Below, piece by piece: positions 24,408 through 37,101 of a stretch of 64,000 nt of DNA. Source of the DNA: an uncultured Spirochaetota bacterium (GTDB lineage Bacteria > Spirochaetota > Brevinematia > Brevinematales > JAOACQ01); assembly GCA_963783575.1 (NCBI GenBank), contig CAWAOD010000016.1, forward strand, positions 160,001 through 224,000, written 5' to 3'. How positions within the stretch are numbered: position 1 is the stretch's first letter; the number at the start of each line of letters is the position of its first letter. The notes below the pieces were generated by a model. It searched no databases. It saw nothing but the letters and a program-made list of their open reading frames with translations, and was not told the origin of the DNA. A program made the translations under genes and the position numbers.

Positions 24408-27400
24408 ATGAAAAATGAATTTATTTTATTATTGATAAATGAATTGGGCTTCAAACTCAAAGATAATTCGATAGAAACTTACTTCAAAACTTACGCCGCC
24501 CATGATAATTATATTATTGAAGTTGATTTCCAGACAAATACAATAAATTACGGCAAACTCATCAATTTAGGGGATAAAACTACATCCAATTTTAAGGCCG
24601 GGGAAAACTTTGTTGTTCTGGAATGTGTCAACCGCTTATTGGAAAAAGGCTACAAACCTCAAAATATAACACTGGAAAAAATCTATCCAACCGGTCATGG
24701 AACCAGCGGAAAGCTTGATATATTAATAACAAATAATGATAAATCCGCATATATTATGATCGAATGCAAGGCCTGGGGACAGGAATATCATAAAGAACTC
24801 AATAAAATTAGAAAAGATGGCGGACAATTATTTACCTATTTTCAGCAGGATAGATATGCCGAATATCTGGTCTTATATACTTCCTGTTTTGACAAAAATG
24901 AAAAGGCTATTCTATATAAAAACAACATCATAAAAATTGAGTCCCATTATCGGGAAGCGGGTAATGTATTCGATCTATTTGATAGATGGAATAAATTGTT
25001 TAAGGATAATGGAATATTTGAAAACTGGGCTTCCGCTTATCAAATAAAAAGCAAAGCGTTAAAACGGAAAGATTTGCAGCCGATAAAAGAAGAAGACAGC
25101 AGCTTTATATTCGGCCGTTTTCTTGAAATCCTGCGTCATAATGTCGTTTCGGACAAACCGAATGCTTTCAATAAAATATTTACTCTTTTTCTCTGCAAAA
25201 TCGTTGATGAAAATAAAAATGATAATGAAGATCTTGAATTTCAATGGCTGGATTCGGATAACCACATTGATTTTCAAAAAAGGCTGACGGATTTATACAA
25301 GCGGGGCATGAAAGAACTGCTGGAAAAAGAAGTGACCGATATCAGCGATCAGGAAGTGGACAATAAATTTATTGGAATAGATGAAGAGAGCAAAAATAAA
25401 ATTAAGGAAATTATTACAAATATCCGGCTGAAAAAAAACAACGAATTTGCGATAAAAGAAGTTTTCGATGACGATTCATTTATCGACAACGCCAAGGTTG
25501 TAAAAGAGGTTGTCGAGCTTCTCCAGCATTATCAGATACGATATAACGAGAAACAGCAGTATCTCGGCGAATTCTTTGAACTGCTTCTGACAACCGGACT
25601 AAAACAGGAAGCCGGGCAATTTTTCACTCCCGTTCCGATAGCACGGTTCATTATAAACAGCATTCCTTTAAAAGAAATAACTATAAATAAATTGAGACAG
25701 GGAAAAGCAAATGATTTATTGCCGTTTCTGATAGATTATGCCTGTGGAAGCGGTCATTTCTTAACCGAAGCAATGGATATCCTTCAAAAAATCATTCACG
25801 AAGCTGAGATCGAAAATTTAAGCCCTAATACCAGAAAATCAATCCAATCCTGGCGTATGGATCAATTTACCTGGGCATATGATTATATATATGGAGTAGA
25901 AAAGGATTACAGGCTAGTAAAAACCGCTAAAGTGAGCTGTTACCTTCATGGGGACGGACTCGCCAAAGTGATTCATGGTGACGGTATCGGGAATTTTAGC
26001 AGCTACAAAGATTATAAAGAAAAATTAATATTAACGGATAAAGATTTTTCGCAGGATAACAAGCAATTTGATATGGTTGTGTCGAATCCGCCTTATTCAG
26101 TCGCCGCATTTAAAAATACACTTGAGAATGCCGATGAAGCTTTTGAAATCTTTAAAAGACTGACGGATCAGAGTTCCGAAATCGAATGCCTATTCATCGA
26201 GCGGACAAAACAGCTCCTGAAAGACGGCGGTTTAGCTGGAATCATACTGCCATCCAGTATCTTAAGCAATACCGGTATTTATGAGGACGCCCGCGAAATA
26301 ATCCTGAAATATTTTAAAATCATAGCAATCGCAGAATTTGGTTCCAATACCTTTATGGCAACCGGAACGAATACAATCACCTTATTTCTGGAAAGAAGAA
26401 ACAATTATGAATGGCTGAATGTCGAATCTGCCGTTAACGGCTTTATAAAAACCGGTGTGGATGCTGCTGTGAATGGGATCGAAAGGCCGTTCGGAAAATA
26501 TGTTTCGTATATCTATGAAGGACTGAATCTTGAAGATTATCTGGAATTATTAAACAAAAAACCGAACAAAAAAATGAAAACCCATGAGATTTACTCTGAT
26601 TATCAAAAAGCCTTCGGAAAACTCAGGGAGAATGACTTTTTTGAAAAAATCATAGAAATAGAAAAAGAGAAATTATTGCATTTTATATTGGCCTATCCAC
26701 AGAAAATAGTGCTGGTTAAAGCCGTTCCGCCGGATTCGGCCGATAAAAACCGTGATGAAAAGGAATTTCTGGGGTATGAGTTCAGCTTCCGGCGCGGAAG
26801 CGAAGGGCATGAAACAATACCGCGATAAAGACGGCAATTTCGCCACCAAGCTCTACGATGAAAAGGATTTAATGAATCCGGAAAAAGCTAATTATTATAT
26901 TTACAACGCTTATCTGGGCAAAAATGATTTGCCTATCCAGGATATCCTCGCTAAACATATTCAAACTGTTGATTTGACCGACCTGATGAACTTCGGGCGT
27001 GTGGAGTTTATCAAGAACATTTCCACAAGGATGTTTAAAAAAAAAGCAAAAATTGAAAGCCGATGGGAGTTGGTAAAATTGGAGGAAGTTACTGAAATTT
27101 TTAACGGAGGAACACCGGATACAAATAATGGAGATTATTGGGATGGAGGAATATGTTGGGCTACTTTGGCAGATACAAAAGAGAAGTATCTTTATCAAAC
27201 TCAAAGAACAATATCAGAACTTGGCTTAAAGAATAGCAATGCTCAATTACTCCCGATTAATACGGTATTATTCTCAAGCCGGGCTACTATTGGAGATGTA
27301 ACAATCGCTAAAGTTGAAACAAGTACAAATCAAGGATATAAGAATTTTGTATGTAATCCTGCCAGAATTTATTATGAATATTTGTATTATATTTTAAAAC

Positions 27401-28119
27401 ATGTGTCTCCCAACATCAAAAATTTAGCTTCCGGGATGACTTATCCTGAAATTTCTAAAGAATTAATATCAAACTTCAAAATTCCCCTGCCGCCCCTGGA
27501 TGTGCAGGAGAAGATTGTGAAAGAGATGGGGGTACTGGAAGGGAATGAAAGGGAATTAAATACCAAGATTTCTTCCGCCAATAACCATATAAGTCAAATA
27601 ATCAAAAAAGTTAAAGATACGAATCAAGAAATCAGAAGATTTGATAGTGTTGCTTCTTTGGAATATGGATCAGGATTGCCGGAAAGGGAGCGAATTTCCG
27701 GTGAATATCCTGTGATGGGATCAAATGGTATAGTAGGTTATCATAATCAATATTTGATAAAATCACCCTCAATAATTGTCGGAAGAAAAGGCTCGGCCGG
27801 AAAAGTAACTTTGGTAGAAAAAAACACATATCCGATAGATACTGCTTATTATTTAAAATATAATGAAACCATGATCCACTATAAATATTTGTATTATGTA
27901 TTGAAGGATATGGAATTATATAAACTATCCGAAGGCATTGGCGTTCCCGGCTTAAACAGGGACAAAGTTCATTCTCAAAGCATTATTTTGCCTCCTCTCG
28001 AAAAGCAGAAAGAAATCGTCGAGGAAATTGAAAAAATCGAGTCTGAATTAAAGATACTGGAAGCCAGGCTGGAACAATTAAATCTTGAAAAAGAAGCTGT
28101 TATTAAAAAGTATTTATAA
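24408..28119 (+). CDS. Single-chain restriction-modification enzyme (HsdR_N-like nuclease + N6-adenine MTase + two HsdS-like TRDs); +1 frameshift at ~26805
   Basis: KLD..IECK nuclease motif, GQFFTP, DYACGSG, NPPY, then S-subunit repeats (GGTP..., IPLPPLDVQEKIV, LPPLEKQKEIV); removing one G from GAAGGGCATG fuses the two ORFs. Confidence 0.85.
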
Positions 28120-28131
28120 AGCATTTTATGG

Positions 28132-28446
28132 ATGGCACGGATGAACGGAAACAAAAAGGATATTGAAATACCCCGGATTGAGGAATTTATTAAGGGATTG
28201 AATGAAAAAGAATTGATTTATTTGAACCGGTTTGTTATCGAACGGTTAAAACTTTTATCGCAGGAAAAGAGCACAACACAGATGATGCGCTTCAATATCG
28301 GCGATTACGTCGCTTTTACCCCGCCGGACGGAAGGCAAAGAAAGGGTTTTATAAACCGCCTGAACAAAAAAACAGTATCAATCCGAACCGAAGACGGGTA
28401 TAACTGGAATGTCCCGCCGGGTTTATTAAAGCGTCTGGATAGCTGA
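28132..28446 (+). CDS. Hypothetical protein (C-terminal SH3/KOW-like beta motif)
   Basis: FNIGDYVAF...G.I.RLNKKTVSI...WNVPPGLL. Confidence 0.7.
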   Translation: MARMNGNKKDIEIPRIEEFIKGLNEKELIYLNRFVIERLKLLSQEKSTTQMMRFNIGDYVAFTPPDGRQRKGFINRLNKKTVSIRTEDGYNWNVPPGLLKRLDS

Positions 28447-28518
28447 CTTTTGACGATAAAAAAAGATAATAAAAGACATGATTATTTTATTTAATTAGAA
28501 CTTATTAAGGAAATCTTA

Positions 28519-28855
28519 ATGAGCGAAGTTAAAGAATCCGATTGGAAATACCTGAGAAAACTTCCATGATTCGATGCTCGAAAGACTGTGCGCCCGAATT
28601 CTTAATGAGGTTCATAATGAGTCCGATGGATCGCAAATCAAAGGCTCTTTGTATCAGCAATATTTGAAAGTATTCAAGACCATCCAAAACATGGATGAAA
28701 TTGTCGCCGATTGCTTTGATGACTGGCGGCGCAGCCGTTTTATACTTATATTGCTTCAGTTGGTAAGAAATAATGTTATAACCGGCGAGGAATTAAGCGG
28801 CTTTTCGGAAGAAACAAAAAACAGGCTGGCCTCCATCAGAGAAACATTTGGGTGA
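28519..28855 (+). CDS. Conserved hypothetical protein, frameshifted at ~28565
   Basis: MSEVKESDWKYLRKL joins ORF MLERLCARIL...FDDWRRS via one extra C. Confidence 0.7.
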
Positions 28856-28887
28856 ATTTCCAGTTATTGATTAATTATGAGGTATTT

Positions 28888-29430
28888 ATGGAAGCGGAAA
28901 AAAAAGGCAGACAATATGAAATCTCAAAAAAGCTTTTTGAATTCTGTAAAAAATATTTGAATGAAGAATATTTCAGTTATGCTGAAAAACTTCTTCAAAA
29001 CCTTTGCCGGAAGCGTAAGTTTGACATTACGAAGGGCCGCACCGATATCCTCGCGGCGGGTATAATGACTGCTATCGCAAGGCTGAATTTTCTTTTTGAT
29101 AAAAACAGTTCAAACTATATTTCACAGGATGATCTTTGCGCCTTTTTTCAGACGAATAAATCAACAACAGGCAGCAAGGCTCTCCAGATCATGGATTTAT
29201 GCAAACTGCATATCGGCGAAGAAGGTTATTGTTCACAGGAAATTACTGATACTTTCACTTATTATGAAACCCCGGAAGGTTTTATCGTACCAAAAAGTAT
29301 GATAAAAGACGAAGCGGAACAGGCAAGAATCAGGGAAGAAAAAGAGGCTGAAAAAAAACGGCTGCAGGAGGAAAGAAAACAAAAAGCGAAAGAGTTGAAG
29401 GAAAAAGACCAGCTTCGCCTATTTGATTAA
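28888..29430 (+). CDS. DUF6398-like hypothetical protein
   Basis: FCKKYLNEEY...AAGI...RLNFLFDK pattern; SD GAGG. Confidence 0.65.
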   Translation: MEAEKKGRQYEISKKLFEFCKKYLNEEYFSYAEKLLQNLCRKRKFDITKGRTDILAAGIMTAIARLNFLFDKNSSNYISQDDLCAFFQTNKSTTGSKALQIMDLCKLHIGEEGYCSQEITDTFTYYETPEGFIVPKSMIKDEAEQARIREEKEAEKKRLQEERKQKAKELKEKDQLRLFD

Positions 29431-29456
29431 ATATTATTGCAGAACTTGATTATCAG

Positions 29457-29497
29457 ATATGGGCACTTCTATAACTGAATTTTAGAAATGCCCATAT
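29457..29497. terminator. Palindrome between convergent genes (bidirectional terminator or mini-repeat)
   Basis: ATATGGGCACTTCTA...TAGAAATGCCCATAT; arms resemble the outer IR at 18093/18280. Confidence 0.55.
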
Positions 29498-29507
29498 TGG
29501 TTTCGAT

Positions 29508-31478
29508 TTAAATCTTTTTATCTTTAGCTTCCGCCGTAGTTTTTTCCGTTGATTTACTTAAAAACTGCATCAGAGTCGCCGCGAGTCCGTCTACCGATGA
29601 TGAACCTCCGGAAACAAGAATATTAGGTACAAACGACAATCCCTTTTCGGCAAGGACTGTAATCGCGTTTACAAACCCCGTTTGTTCCTTTCCCAGTGCT
29701 TCGGCTTGTTCCCTGAAAGCCTTCGCGCGCGCCATACCGACTGCTTCCACCTCGGCTCCCTTCGCTTTACCGGTTTCACGAATGTAGGTTGCTTCACCGT
29801 CCGCTTCGGCTTTTCTTGCATCGGCGTTATTAACTTTGATGTCGACGCCAACCTTGCTTCTCGCCAGTTCGCTCTGCATATCGGCCGTGCCTTTTGAGTT
29901 TTCCATCGCCACCCGCTGGTCCTGGGCGTCCGTCTGCCGTTTGAATGTCTCTATTTCCTGGTTCGCGATTTCCCTTTCCGTCAAAACCTGTACAAGGTTC
30001 TGAGGAAGCTCGACATCCTGTATATATACCCCTTTTGTTTCAATTTCGTATTGGATAAGATGTTCCTTGATATGCTGGAAAGCCTCTTCCTGCACCATCT
30101 GACGGGTTTCAATAAATTTTATCGCCGGCATACTCTGGAGCTTATCCCGGAAATGGTTCCCGACAGCAGCCTGAAGGACTTCATTAACAAGGTTCTGCAT
30201 TGTACCGACAATGGAAATAACCTTTGGAGCCCTTGTGTCGGGGACATGTATCTGAACCTGCAGGTCTATCTTAAAAACAAAGCCTTCCCGGCTTTTCGCG
30301 TCTATTGACTTTAAATTGGCATCAAGCCTGTGAGCGGTTGATGTCGCTTCCGCCCAGTTGAGCGTTAAAATGAAAGTCGGAACAATCTCCGCTTCATAAC
30401 ACCTGGGGTTGATCGGATATTTACCCGTGCGGAGGGGTTCCTGCCATATTCCCCTGTGGCCGGGACGGACAAGCGCCCCGAATTTGAATTCCTCTCCCGA
30501 GATATCCTCGGTCGGCAGTCCCACATAAGACTTGATAACCGCAACCTGTCCCTGTTCGACAACAAGCATCGGCACAATCTCCACGCTGACAAGGAAGGGA
30601 TTAAGGTTATACGCTCCGTACATAAGCGGGTCATGCTGGAGGCCGATCTTTCCGCCATGGTCGATAAAAGCCTGAAAATCCTGATAATTATTGTGGAGGT
30701 TGTTTTTGTTGCCGAATATCGTTTCTATTAGCCTTGAATCGCTTTCCTTCTTTTTCTCCATTTCCTCAACATCCGCGTAAGCTCCAAGGCGGCTGGCAAT
30801 GTCTCCGGAAGGGAGGGGATCTCCCTCGTATGTGGTCACAATCCCGATCTGATCGGTGGTTTTGCCGGCGCTTATGGGTTTCGGTTCGACCCTTATAACC
30901 TCAAGCTGGCCGGGCTTTAAACCGTAAGCCTCACAGGTCAGGCCTTCGCTGCTTTTTGCCTGCTCCTCAAGATCCGGCGAAATGGGAAGCCCGAAAACCT
31001 GGTCTTTTGTAATGACCAGAAAAGCGACAGGATGAACCGGGAGGATTGATCCGGGCGGCAGTGTAGGCCTCTGTACTCCTTTCTGGCCGCCCATCTCTAT
31101 AAATGTATGAAGATCGGTGAAATTCCCGAATTCTTTTTTATAAAAAGCCGATTTCGCCCCGACTGGAAGCGGCTGGCCCGCCTGCGCTATAACAACACCT
31201 ATCTGACCCGCGGGTATCTGCACCCAGGCAAACTTCTCAACGCTGTAAATTATCCAGAACTTCAGCCTGAAACCCGGCATCAATAGCTGGGCCTGGTAAC
31301 CCGCCTCTCCTTTAAAAGCTATGGGGTTTCCCTCCGAAAGCTTTTTAAAGGAAAAGCGCTTTATGACCAGCCCGACTTGAGTCGGCCCGATGATCCGTAC
31401 GGATGGGAAGAATAGAATAATAAACAGCCCGATCGCCATGATAATAAGGCTTGTCGTTATTGAACCCGTAAATATCAT
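29508..31478 (-). CDS. SPFH/band-7 (flotillin-like) domain protein
   Basis: N-terminal TM, repeated GxQ..L.PG segments, SREGF..DLQVQIH, C-terminal AEA-rich coiled coil. Confidence 0.85.
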   Translation of the reverse strand: MIFTGSITTSLIIMAIGLFIILFFPSVRIIGPTQVGLVIKRFSFKKLSEGNPIAFKGEAGYQAQLLMPGFRLKFWIIYSVEKFAWVQIPAGQIGVVIAQAGQPLPVGAKSAFYKKEFGNFTDLHTFIEMGGQKGVQRPTLPPGSILPVHPVAFLVITKDQVFGLPISPDLEEQAKSSEGLTCEAYGLKPGQLEVIRVEPKPISAGKTTDQIGIVTTYEGDPLPSGDIASRLGAYADVEEMEKKKESDSRLIETIFGNKNNLHNNYQDFQAFIDHGGKIGLQHDPLMYGAYNLNPFLVSVEIVPMLVVEQGQVAVIKSYVGLPTEDISGEEFKFGALVRPGHRGIWQEPLRTGKYPINPRCYEAEIVPTFILTLNWAEATSTAHRLDANLKSIDAKSREGFVFKIDLQVQIHVPDTRAPKVISIVGTMQNLVNEVLQAAVGNHFRDKLQSMPAIKFIETRQMVQEEAFQHIKEHLIQYEIETKGVYIQDVELPQNLVQVLTEREIANQEIETFKRQTDAQDQRVAMENSKGTADMQSELARSKVGVDIKVNNADARKAEADGEATYIRETGKAKGAEVEAVGMARAKAFREQAEALGKEQTGFVNAITVLAEKGLSFVPNILVSGGSSSVDGLAATLMQFLSKSTEKTTAEAKDKKI

Positions 31479-31573
31479 TTGATACCCCCGATTTATTTAT
31501 TATAAATCTTTAAATGGATATATAAGTATATTTCATTTATAGATTTTGTAAAGTAAAATGATATATTTCTTTG

Positions 31574-31954
31574 CTATAAATGCGCAATGGCTTCGTCTTC
31601 AATTTTCACATCCCTGGGCAGCCGGGATACTTCAACCGTCGAACGCGCCGGGGGATTTTCAGAAAAATACTTTTTATAGACATCGTTAATAATGGGAAAA
31701 TCATTCATATCTTTAATATAAAGCGTTGTTTTAACAATATTTGAAAAGTCCAATCCTGCCTCATTTAAAATTGAGCCTAAATTTTCAAGGACGGTCATGG
31801 TTTGTTCTTTTACATCATCTGTTTCGATTTTATTATTTTTATAATTAATGGGTATTTGCCCCGAAATAAAAAGGAATCCCCCCGCTTTTACACCCTGTGA
31901 ATATGGGCCGATAGGCTGCGGCGCGTTTACCGAATTTACGATTTCTTTTATCAT
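31574..31954 (-). CDS. ridA: RidA/YjgF family reactive-intermediate deaminase
   Basis: APQPIGPYSQG, SGQIP, PPARSTVEVSRLP. Confidence 0.92.
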   Translation of the reverse strand: MIKEIVNSVNAPQPIGPYSQGVKAGGFLFISGQIPINYKNNKIETDDVKEQTMTVLENLGSILNEAGLDFSNIVKTTLYIKDMNDFPIINDVYKKYFSENPPARSTVEVSRLPRDVKIEDEAIAHL

Positions 31955-31969
31955 ATGAAACTCCTGGTA

Positions 31970-32135
31970 ATAAAGATCCTCGAGGCAGAGCCTCAAGGTA
32001 TTAAAATCAAAAAAACTGAAAATATTTTCTATTAGAATCGCAGCATAGCTGCGAGGAATTAACCGGGTCAAGCGGCACGCTTGTTAAATTCCGTATTGTC
32101 ACCTGCCAGCTTCCCCCTTTGAAAAGGGGGAATGA
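31970..32135. repeat. Cluster of short REP-like palindromes
   Basis: CCTCGAGGCAGAGCCTCAAGG; TCGCAGCATAGCTGCGAGGAATTAACC (related to 51027..51060); TTCCCCCTTTGAAAAGGGGGAA. Confidence 0.55.
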
Positions 32136-32240
32136 CTCAAACAAAAAACACCGCACATGAAATATAATTAATACTTATTATAATGCGGTAATTCATTACG
32201 GTCAATAATAACCCCTTTAAGAATATATTTTATGGAGGAC

Positions 32241-32292
32241 TTGACAGTAGTATACTTAATATGATATAATTTATAGGGTAGTGGGGTATACT
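32241..32292 (+). promoter_or_regulatory. Sigma70 promoter with probable CsoR operator
   Basis: TTGACA-18 nt-TATAAT followed by the G-tract TAGGGTAGTGGGGTATA, resembling CsoR operators. Confidence 0.65.
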
Positions 32293-32312
32293 ATTGAAAA
32301 GGAGTTTATTTT

Positions 32313-32627
32313 ATGGAAAGAAAATGCGCGCATTGCGATGCCAATGGCGAAAATAAGGCCCATCATTCCGAGAAATTAAAAAACAATATGGTTTCAAGGC
32401 TGAACAGGATCGAAGGGCAGATTAGGGGTATAACAAAGATGATCCGGGAAGATGTTTACTGCGATGATGTATTGAACCAGTTTCACTCCGTTGAGGCGGC
32501 CCTGAACGGAGTGAAAAAAGTACTTCTGGAAGCCCATTTCAGGAGCTGCGTTTTAGGCCAGATTCATGAAGGAAAAGAGGAAATAGTAGATGAATTTCTT
32601 GAGACTGTGGAAAAAATGATATGTTAA
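32313..32627 (+). CDS. csoR: CsoR/RcnR family metal-sensitive repressor
   Basis: RLNRIEGQIRGI, YCDDVL, AHFRSC (Cys-His-Cys). Confidence 0.9.
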   Translation: MERKCAHCDANGENKAHHSEKLKNNMVSRLNRIEGQIRGITKMIREDVYCDDVLNQFHSVEAALNGVKKVLLEAHFRSCVLGQIHEGKEEIVDEFLETVEKMIC

Positions 32628-32656
32628 ATATTTATATTTGGAGGAATTAAATAACT

Positions 32657-35105
32657 ATGGAAAAAACAGTAACTTTAGGTATTACCGGAATGTCCTGCGC
32701 ATCATGCTCACTGAGGATCGAAAAAGGACTTGCAAAACTTCCGGGGGTCTTGTCGGCAAACGTAAACCTTGCCCTGGAAAAAGCGCAGGTCTCGTTTGAA
32801 GATGCCAGGGTCAGGATCGAGGATATTAAAAGTAAAATCGAAAATATAGGTTACGGGGCTATTCTTCCCAGGCAGGAACCGAATAAGAAAAACGGAACCG
32901 CAGAGTTCGCGATCAGTGGCATGACCTGTGCTTCCTGTAGCGCGAGGATTGAAAAAAAGCTTGCTTCCCTCGATGGGATATCAAATGCTGCGGTTAATCT
33001 TGCATCCGAAAAAGCCTTTGTCGAATATGACTCAAAGGTAATAAATTCTTTAAGTATGATTAAAGCAATTCATGACCTGGGATACGGTGCGGAAGAGATC
33101 AGGGATGAATCTGTGGATAAGGCGGCCATAGCGCGTAAAAAAGAAATGCGGAAACTGCATATTCTTTTTGTTTCATCCGCTGTGCTTAGTTTTCCGTTAT
33201 TATTGGGAATGCTGTTTATGCTGCTTAAAATTGAAATTCCTTGGCTTGAAAATCCTTACATCCAGCTTGCGCTTGCTACACCGGTGCAGTTCATTATCGG
33301 GTTCAGGTTTTATAGAAACTCATGGCATAATATTAAGTCCCTCTCGCCCGGAATGGATGTCTTGATCGCGCTGGGTACGTCAGCATCATACTTTTTCAGT
33401 TTTTACAACGCCTTTCTGGGCGGCGATCCCAAACAGCTTTATTTTGAAGCCGGAGCCGTAATCATAACTCTTGTACTTCTAGGCAAATACCTGGAATCGG
33501 TCGCAAAGGGGAAAACCTCCGAGGCTATTAAAAAACTCCTGTCGCTTCAGGCTAAGACGGCCCGCATAATCAGGGACGGCATCGAACAGGACATATCCAT
33601 TGAGGAAGTAATTACCGGAGACAGGATAATCGTAAAACCGGGTGAAAAAATACCGGTTGACGGCATTATAATAGAAGGATATTCTTCAATAGATGAGAGT
33701 ATGGTTACCGGGGAAAGCATACCTGTCGAGAAAAAAGCCGGTTCGAATGTAATCGGCGCTACAATGAACCAGAACGGAAGCTTTATTTTTGAGGCCCTTA
33801 AGGTCGGTAAAGACACGATGCTGGCGCAAATTGTTAAGTTTGTGGAGGATGCACAGGGTTCGAAAGCCCCCGTTCAGCACCTGGCCGATAAAGTCGCGGG
33901 AGTTTTTGTCCCCGCGGTTCTGGTTATAGCGCTGATCACTTTTGGAATCTGGATGTTTCTGGGGCATGATCTTGCAGAGAGCCCTGATATCGGCTGTCTC
34001 TGTTCTTGTGATCGCTTGCCCCTGCGCGCTCGGGCTTGCCACGCCGACCGCTATAATGGTAGGAACAGGAAAAGGTGCTGAAAACGGCATTCTTATCAAG
34101 AGCGGCGAAGCCCTGGAAAAGGCATACCGGTTAAGCGCAATTGTTTTTGATAAAACCGGGACCATCACAAAAGGCAGGCCGGAACTGACCGATATTACAC
34201 CTGTCAACGGTTTCACGGAAGATGATGTTCTGCAGTATGCGGCCATAGCCGAAAATAATTCCAGCCACCCGCTTTCAAAACCCATTGTTGATAAGGCAAA
34301 AGAGAAAAACATTCTGGGGTCATCCGAGAAATTCGAAAACATCCCCGGAAAGGGCGTAATTGCTTATTACAAAGGGAAAGAAATATTGTTTGGAAATAAA
34401 ATGCTTTTAACGGAAAATCATATTGATATTCAGAACACCGGTTCCATAATGGAAAAACTGGAAAGCGAGGGAAAAACCGCCATGCTGGCAGCATACGGCG
34501 GAAAGGCCGCCGGTGTGATAGCTGTCGCTGACACAATAAAAGAGAATTCACATATGACAATTCAAGCTTTACAGAAAATGGGGATTAAAACCATAATGAT
34601 AACCGGCGACAATGCCGGGACGGCGAAGGCGATAGCAAAACAGGCGGGGATAGAAAAGGTGATAGCCGAGGTTTTACCGGGCGATAAGGCAAAAGAAATA
34701 GAACTTTTAAAAGAAGCAGGGGAAATTGTCGCGATGGTTGGAGACGGCATAAATGACGCTCCGGCCCTGGCCGCGTCGGACATCGGCATCGCTATCGGCG
34801 CCGGAACGGATATCGCAATTGAGGCCTCGGATATAACACTCGTCAGGAACGACCTTATGGCAATCGTTGACGCAATAAGGCTGTCCAGGAAAACCATGGG
34901 GAAAATCAAACAGAATCTTTTCTGGGCTTTTGTTTACAACTGCATCGGCATACCTTTTGCCGCTTTCGGGCTCTTAAACCCTGTAATCGCAGGGGGCGCA
35001 ATGGCCTTCAGCTCGGTTTCGGTTGTGACAAATTCTCTTTCTTTGAAAAGGGTTAAATTGGGTAATTTTATAAAAAAACAGGAGTTACATTATGAGCACG
35101 CGTAA
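32657..35105 (+). CDS. copA: Copper-translocating P1B-type ATPase; +1 frameshift at ~33970
   Basis: Two GMxCASC HMA domains, [29 protein letters not shown]. Confidence 0.92.
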
Positions 35106-36855
35106 GATTTTTAAAATTGAAGGAATGTCCTGCCATCATTGTGAGGACACGATCGAACGGTCTTTGAAAACAAAAGGTATTCTGAAAGTGGAAGCGCATC
35201 ATGCGAAAAAATTCGCAAGAATTGAGTATGATCAGGATATGGTATCCGAAAAAGAGATTAAACAAATTATTAATGAAGCCGGATACCAGGTTACGGAAGT
35301 AATTGAGGATAACGGCCCGGATAAAAAGACAGTTGAAATCGCGCAGTTTGTCGGCATTACAATTGCTTTGCTGGGTATATATTTCCTGATCCAGAAAACG
35401 GTCGGTTTCAATTTTATTCCCCAGGTCAATTCAACAATGGGATTCGGTATGATATTTGTTGTCGGCCTCATAACTTCTCTTCACTGCGTGGCGATGTGCG
35501 GGGGAATCAGCATTTCCCAGTGTGTGGAAAAGGAGGGCAATAAATATACGAACGGTATATTTTATAATGCCGGAAGAGTTGTTTCTTATACAATTCTCGG
35601 CGGAATAATCGGAGCGCTCGGTTCCGTGTTCAATTTCTCCCCGGCTGTAAAAGGCGGAATTGCTCTCGGCGCAGGGATCCTTATGGTGTTTGTCGGACTC
35701 AGAATGGCCGGTGTATTTTCTTTTCTTAAGAAGATTAAAATTCCTGGCAGCGATATTTTTTCAAAACTTACGCCCAAAAAAGCAGGCTTAAAGGCCTATC
35801 GCTATGGACCATTTTTTGTCGGACTTTTAAACGGCCTGATGCCATGCGCCCCTCTTCAGGCGATGCAGCTTTACGCGCTTGGAACAGGAAGCGCGCTGAC
35901 AGGCGCTTTATCGATGTTCTTTTTCTCATTGGGAACCGTTCCGCTGGTGTTCGGACTGGGTACCGCGGCATCTTTATTTACGCGTAAATTTTCCGGCGGG
36001 CTTATCCGGATCAGCGCAATAATAGTTATTTTTCTCGGCCTGGTTATGGTAAACCGCGGTATGTCATTGTCCGGTAAAATACTTCTGCCTGTAGCCGCGA
36101 ATGGAAACACGGCGGAAGTACAGAATGGTATTCAGGTAATCAGGAGTGTTTTCAAGGCGAACAGCTATGCTCCAATCACTGTGCAGAAAGGCATACCTGT
36201 GAAGTGGATCATTTCGATAGCAGATGATGATCTCAACGGTTGTAATGGAACCATGATTATTCCGGAATATAATATCAATAAAAAACTAGCGCCGGGTGAA
36301 AACATCGTCAATTTCACTCCAGCCAGAAGCGGTACGATCGGTTATTCATGCTGGATGGGTATGATCCGAAGTTCCATCACGGTTGTTGAAGGCCGGAATA
36401 ATTCTTCCGCCATCGCTCAGACGAACACGGATACACCGCTGCCAAATGCGGCGCCGGTTACCGATTCGGATATCTTTGTCTCAAAAAGCAATGGCATTGA
36501 GGAAGTCAAAATCCATGTTAACGCTACCGGCTATACACCGAGAATGATTGTCCTAAAAAAGAATACCAGGGCTCGTTTCACTTTCATTGTAGATCAGCTA
36601 TCAGGGTGCAATACCTTTGTCGTTTTCCCTGAATACCGGGGAGGATTGGATTTAAGCAAAGGCCAGACTCAAACTCCCGAGCTGAACATTACTCAGGACT
36701 TTCACATACGTTGCGGAATGGGAATGCTGAACGCCACTGTCAAAGTTGTGGACGATCCCTCTAAAATCGACCGCGAAGCCTTAAAAAAACAAGCTGCCGC
36801 AATCGTATCCGGTCAAACCGGAGGTTGCTGTTCGATATCACCTCCCAGAAGTTGA
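35092..36855 (+). CDS. HMA + DsbD_2/TauE-like membrane domain + two cupredoxin-like domains
   Basis: [36 protein letters not shown] and CGMGM. Confidence 0.85.
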   Translation: MSTRKIFKIEGMSCHHCEDTIERSLKTKGILKVEAHHAKKFARIEYDQDMVSEKEIKQIINEAGYQVTEVIEDNGPDKKTVEIAQFVGITIALLGIYFLIQKTVGFNFIPQVNSTMGFGMIFVVGLITSLHCVAMCGGISISQCVEKEGNKYTNGIFYNAGRVVSYTILGGIIGALGSVFNFSPAVKGGIALGAGILMVFVGLRMAGVFSFLKKIKIPGSDIFSKLTPKKAGLKAYRYGPFFVGLLNGLMPCAPLQAMQLYALGTGSALTGALSMFFFSLGTVPLVFGLGTAASLFTRKFSGGLIRISAIIVIFLGLVMVNRGMSLSGKILLPVAANGNTAEVQNGIQVIRSVFKANSYAPITVQKGIPVKWIISIADDDLNGCNGTMIIPEYNINKKLAPGENIVNFTPARSGTIGYSCWMGMIRSSITVVEGRNNSSAIAQTNTDTPLPNAAPVTDSDIFVSKSNGIEEVKIHVNATGYTPRMIVLKKNTRARFTFIVDQLSGCNTFVVFPEYRGGLDLSKGQTQTPELNITQDFHIRCGMGMLNATVKVVDDPSKIDREALKKQAAAIVSGQTGGCCSISPPRS

Positions 36856-36871
36856 GGAATATAAACGTCTT

Positions 36872-36900
36872 ACAGGCGGATATTCTATTCCGCCTGTTTG
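36872..36900 (+). terminator. Rho-independent terminator
   Basis: ACAGGCGGA-loop-TCCGCCTGT followed by a short T-rich tail. Confidence 0.6.
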
Positions 36901-37045
36901 ATTTCACCCTATGCCGGTTATCGCTATATATTCGGCAATATAAATCTGGATGGATTGAACGATTCTTCTCTCCGGAATTTTAATTTTGGGATCAACCTGG
37001 ATTTTGGTATATTTTAAATACTAATTTTCTTAGTATTTATCCTTA

Positions 37046-37074
37046 TTGACTTCTAACCCTGATCTGTTTATATT
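37046..37074 (+). promoter_or_regulatory. Sigma70-like promoter
   Basis: TTGACT-17 nt-TATATT upstream of AAGGAGG SD. Confidence 0.5.
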
Positions 37075-37101
37075 GAATTATAAAACAAAAGGAGGCGCGT
37101 A

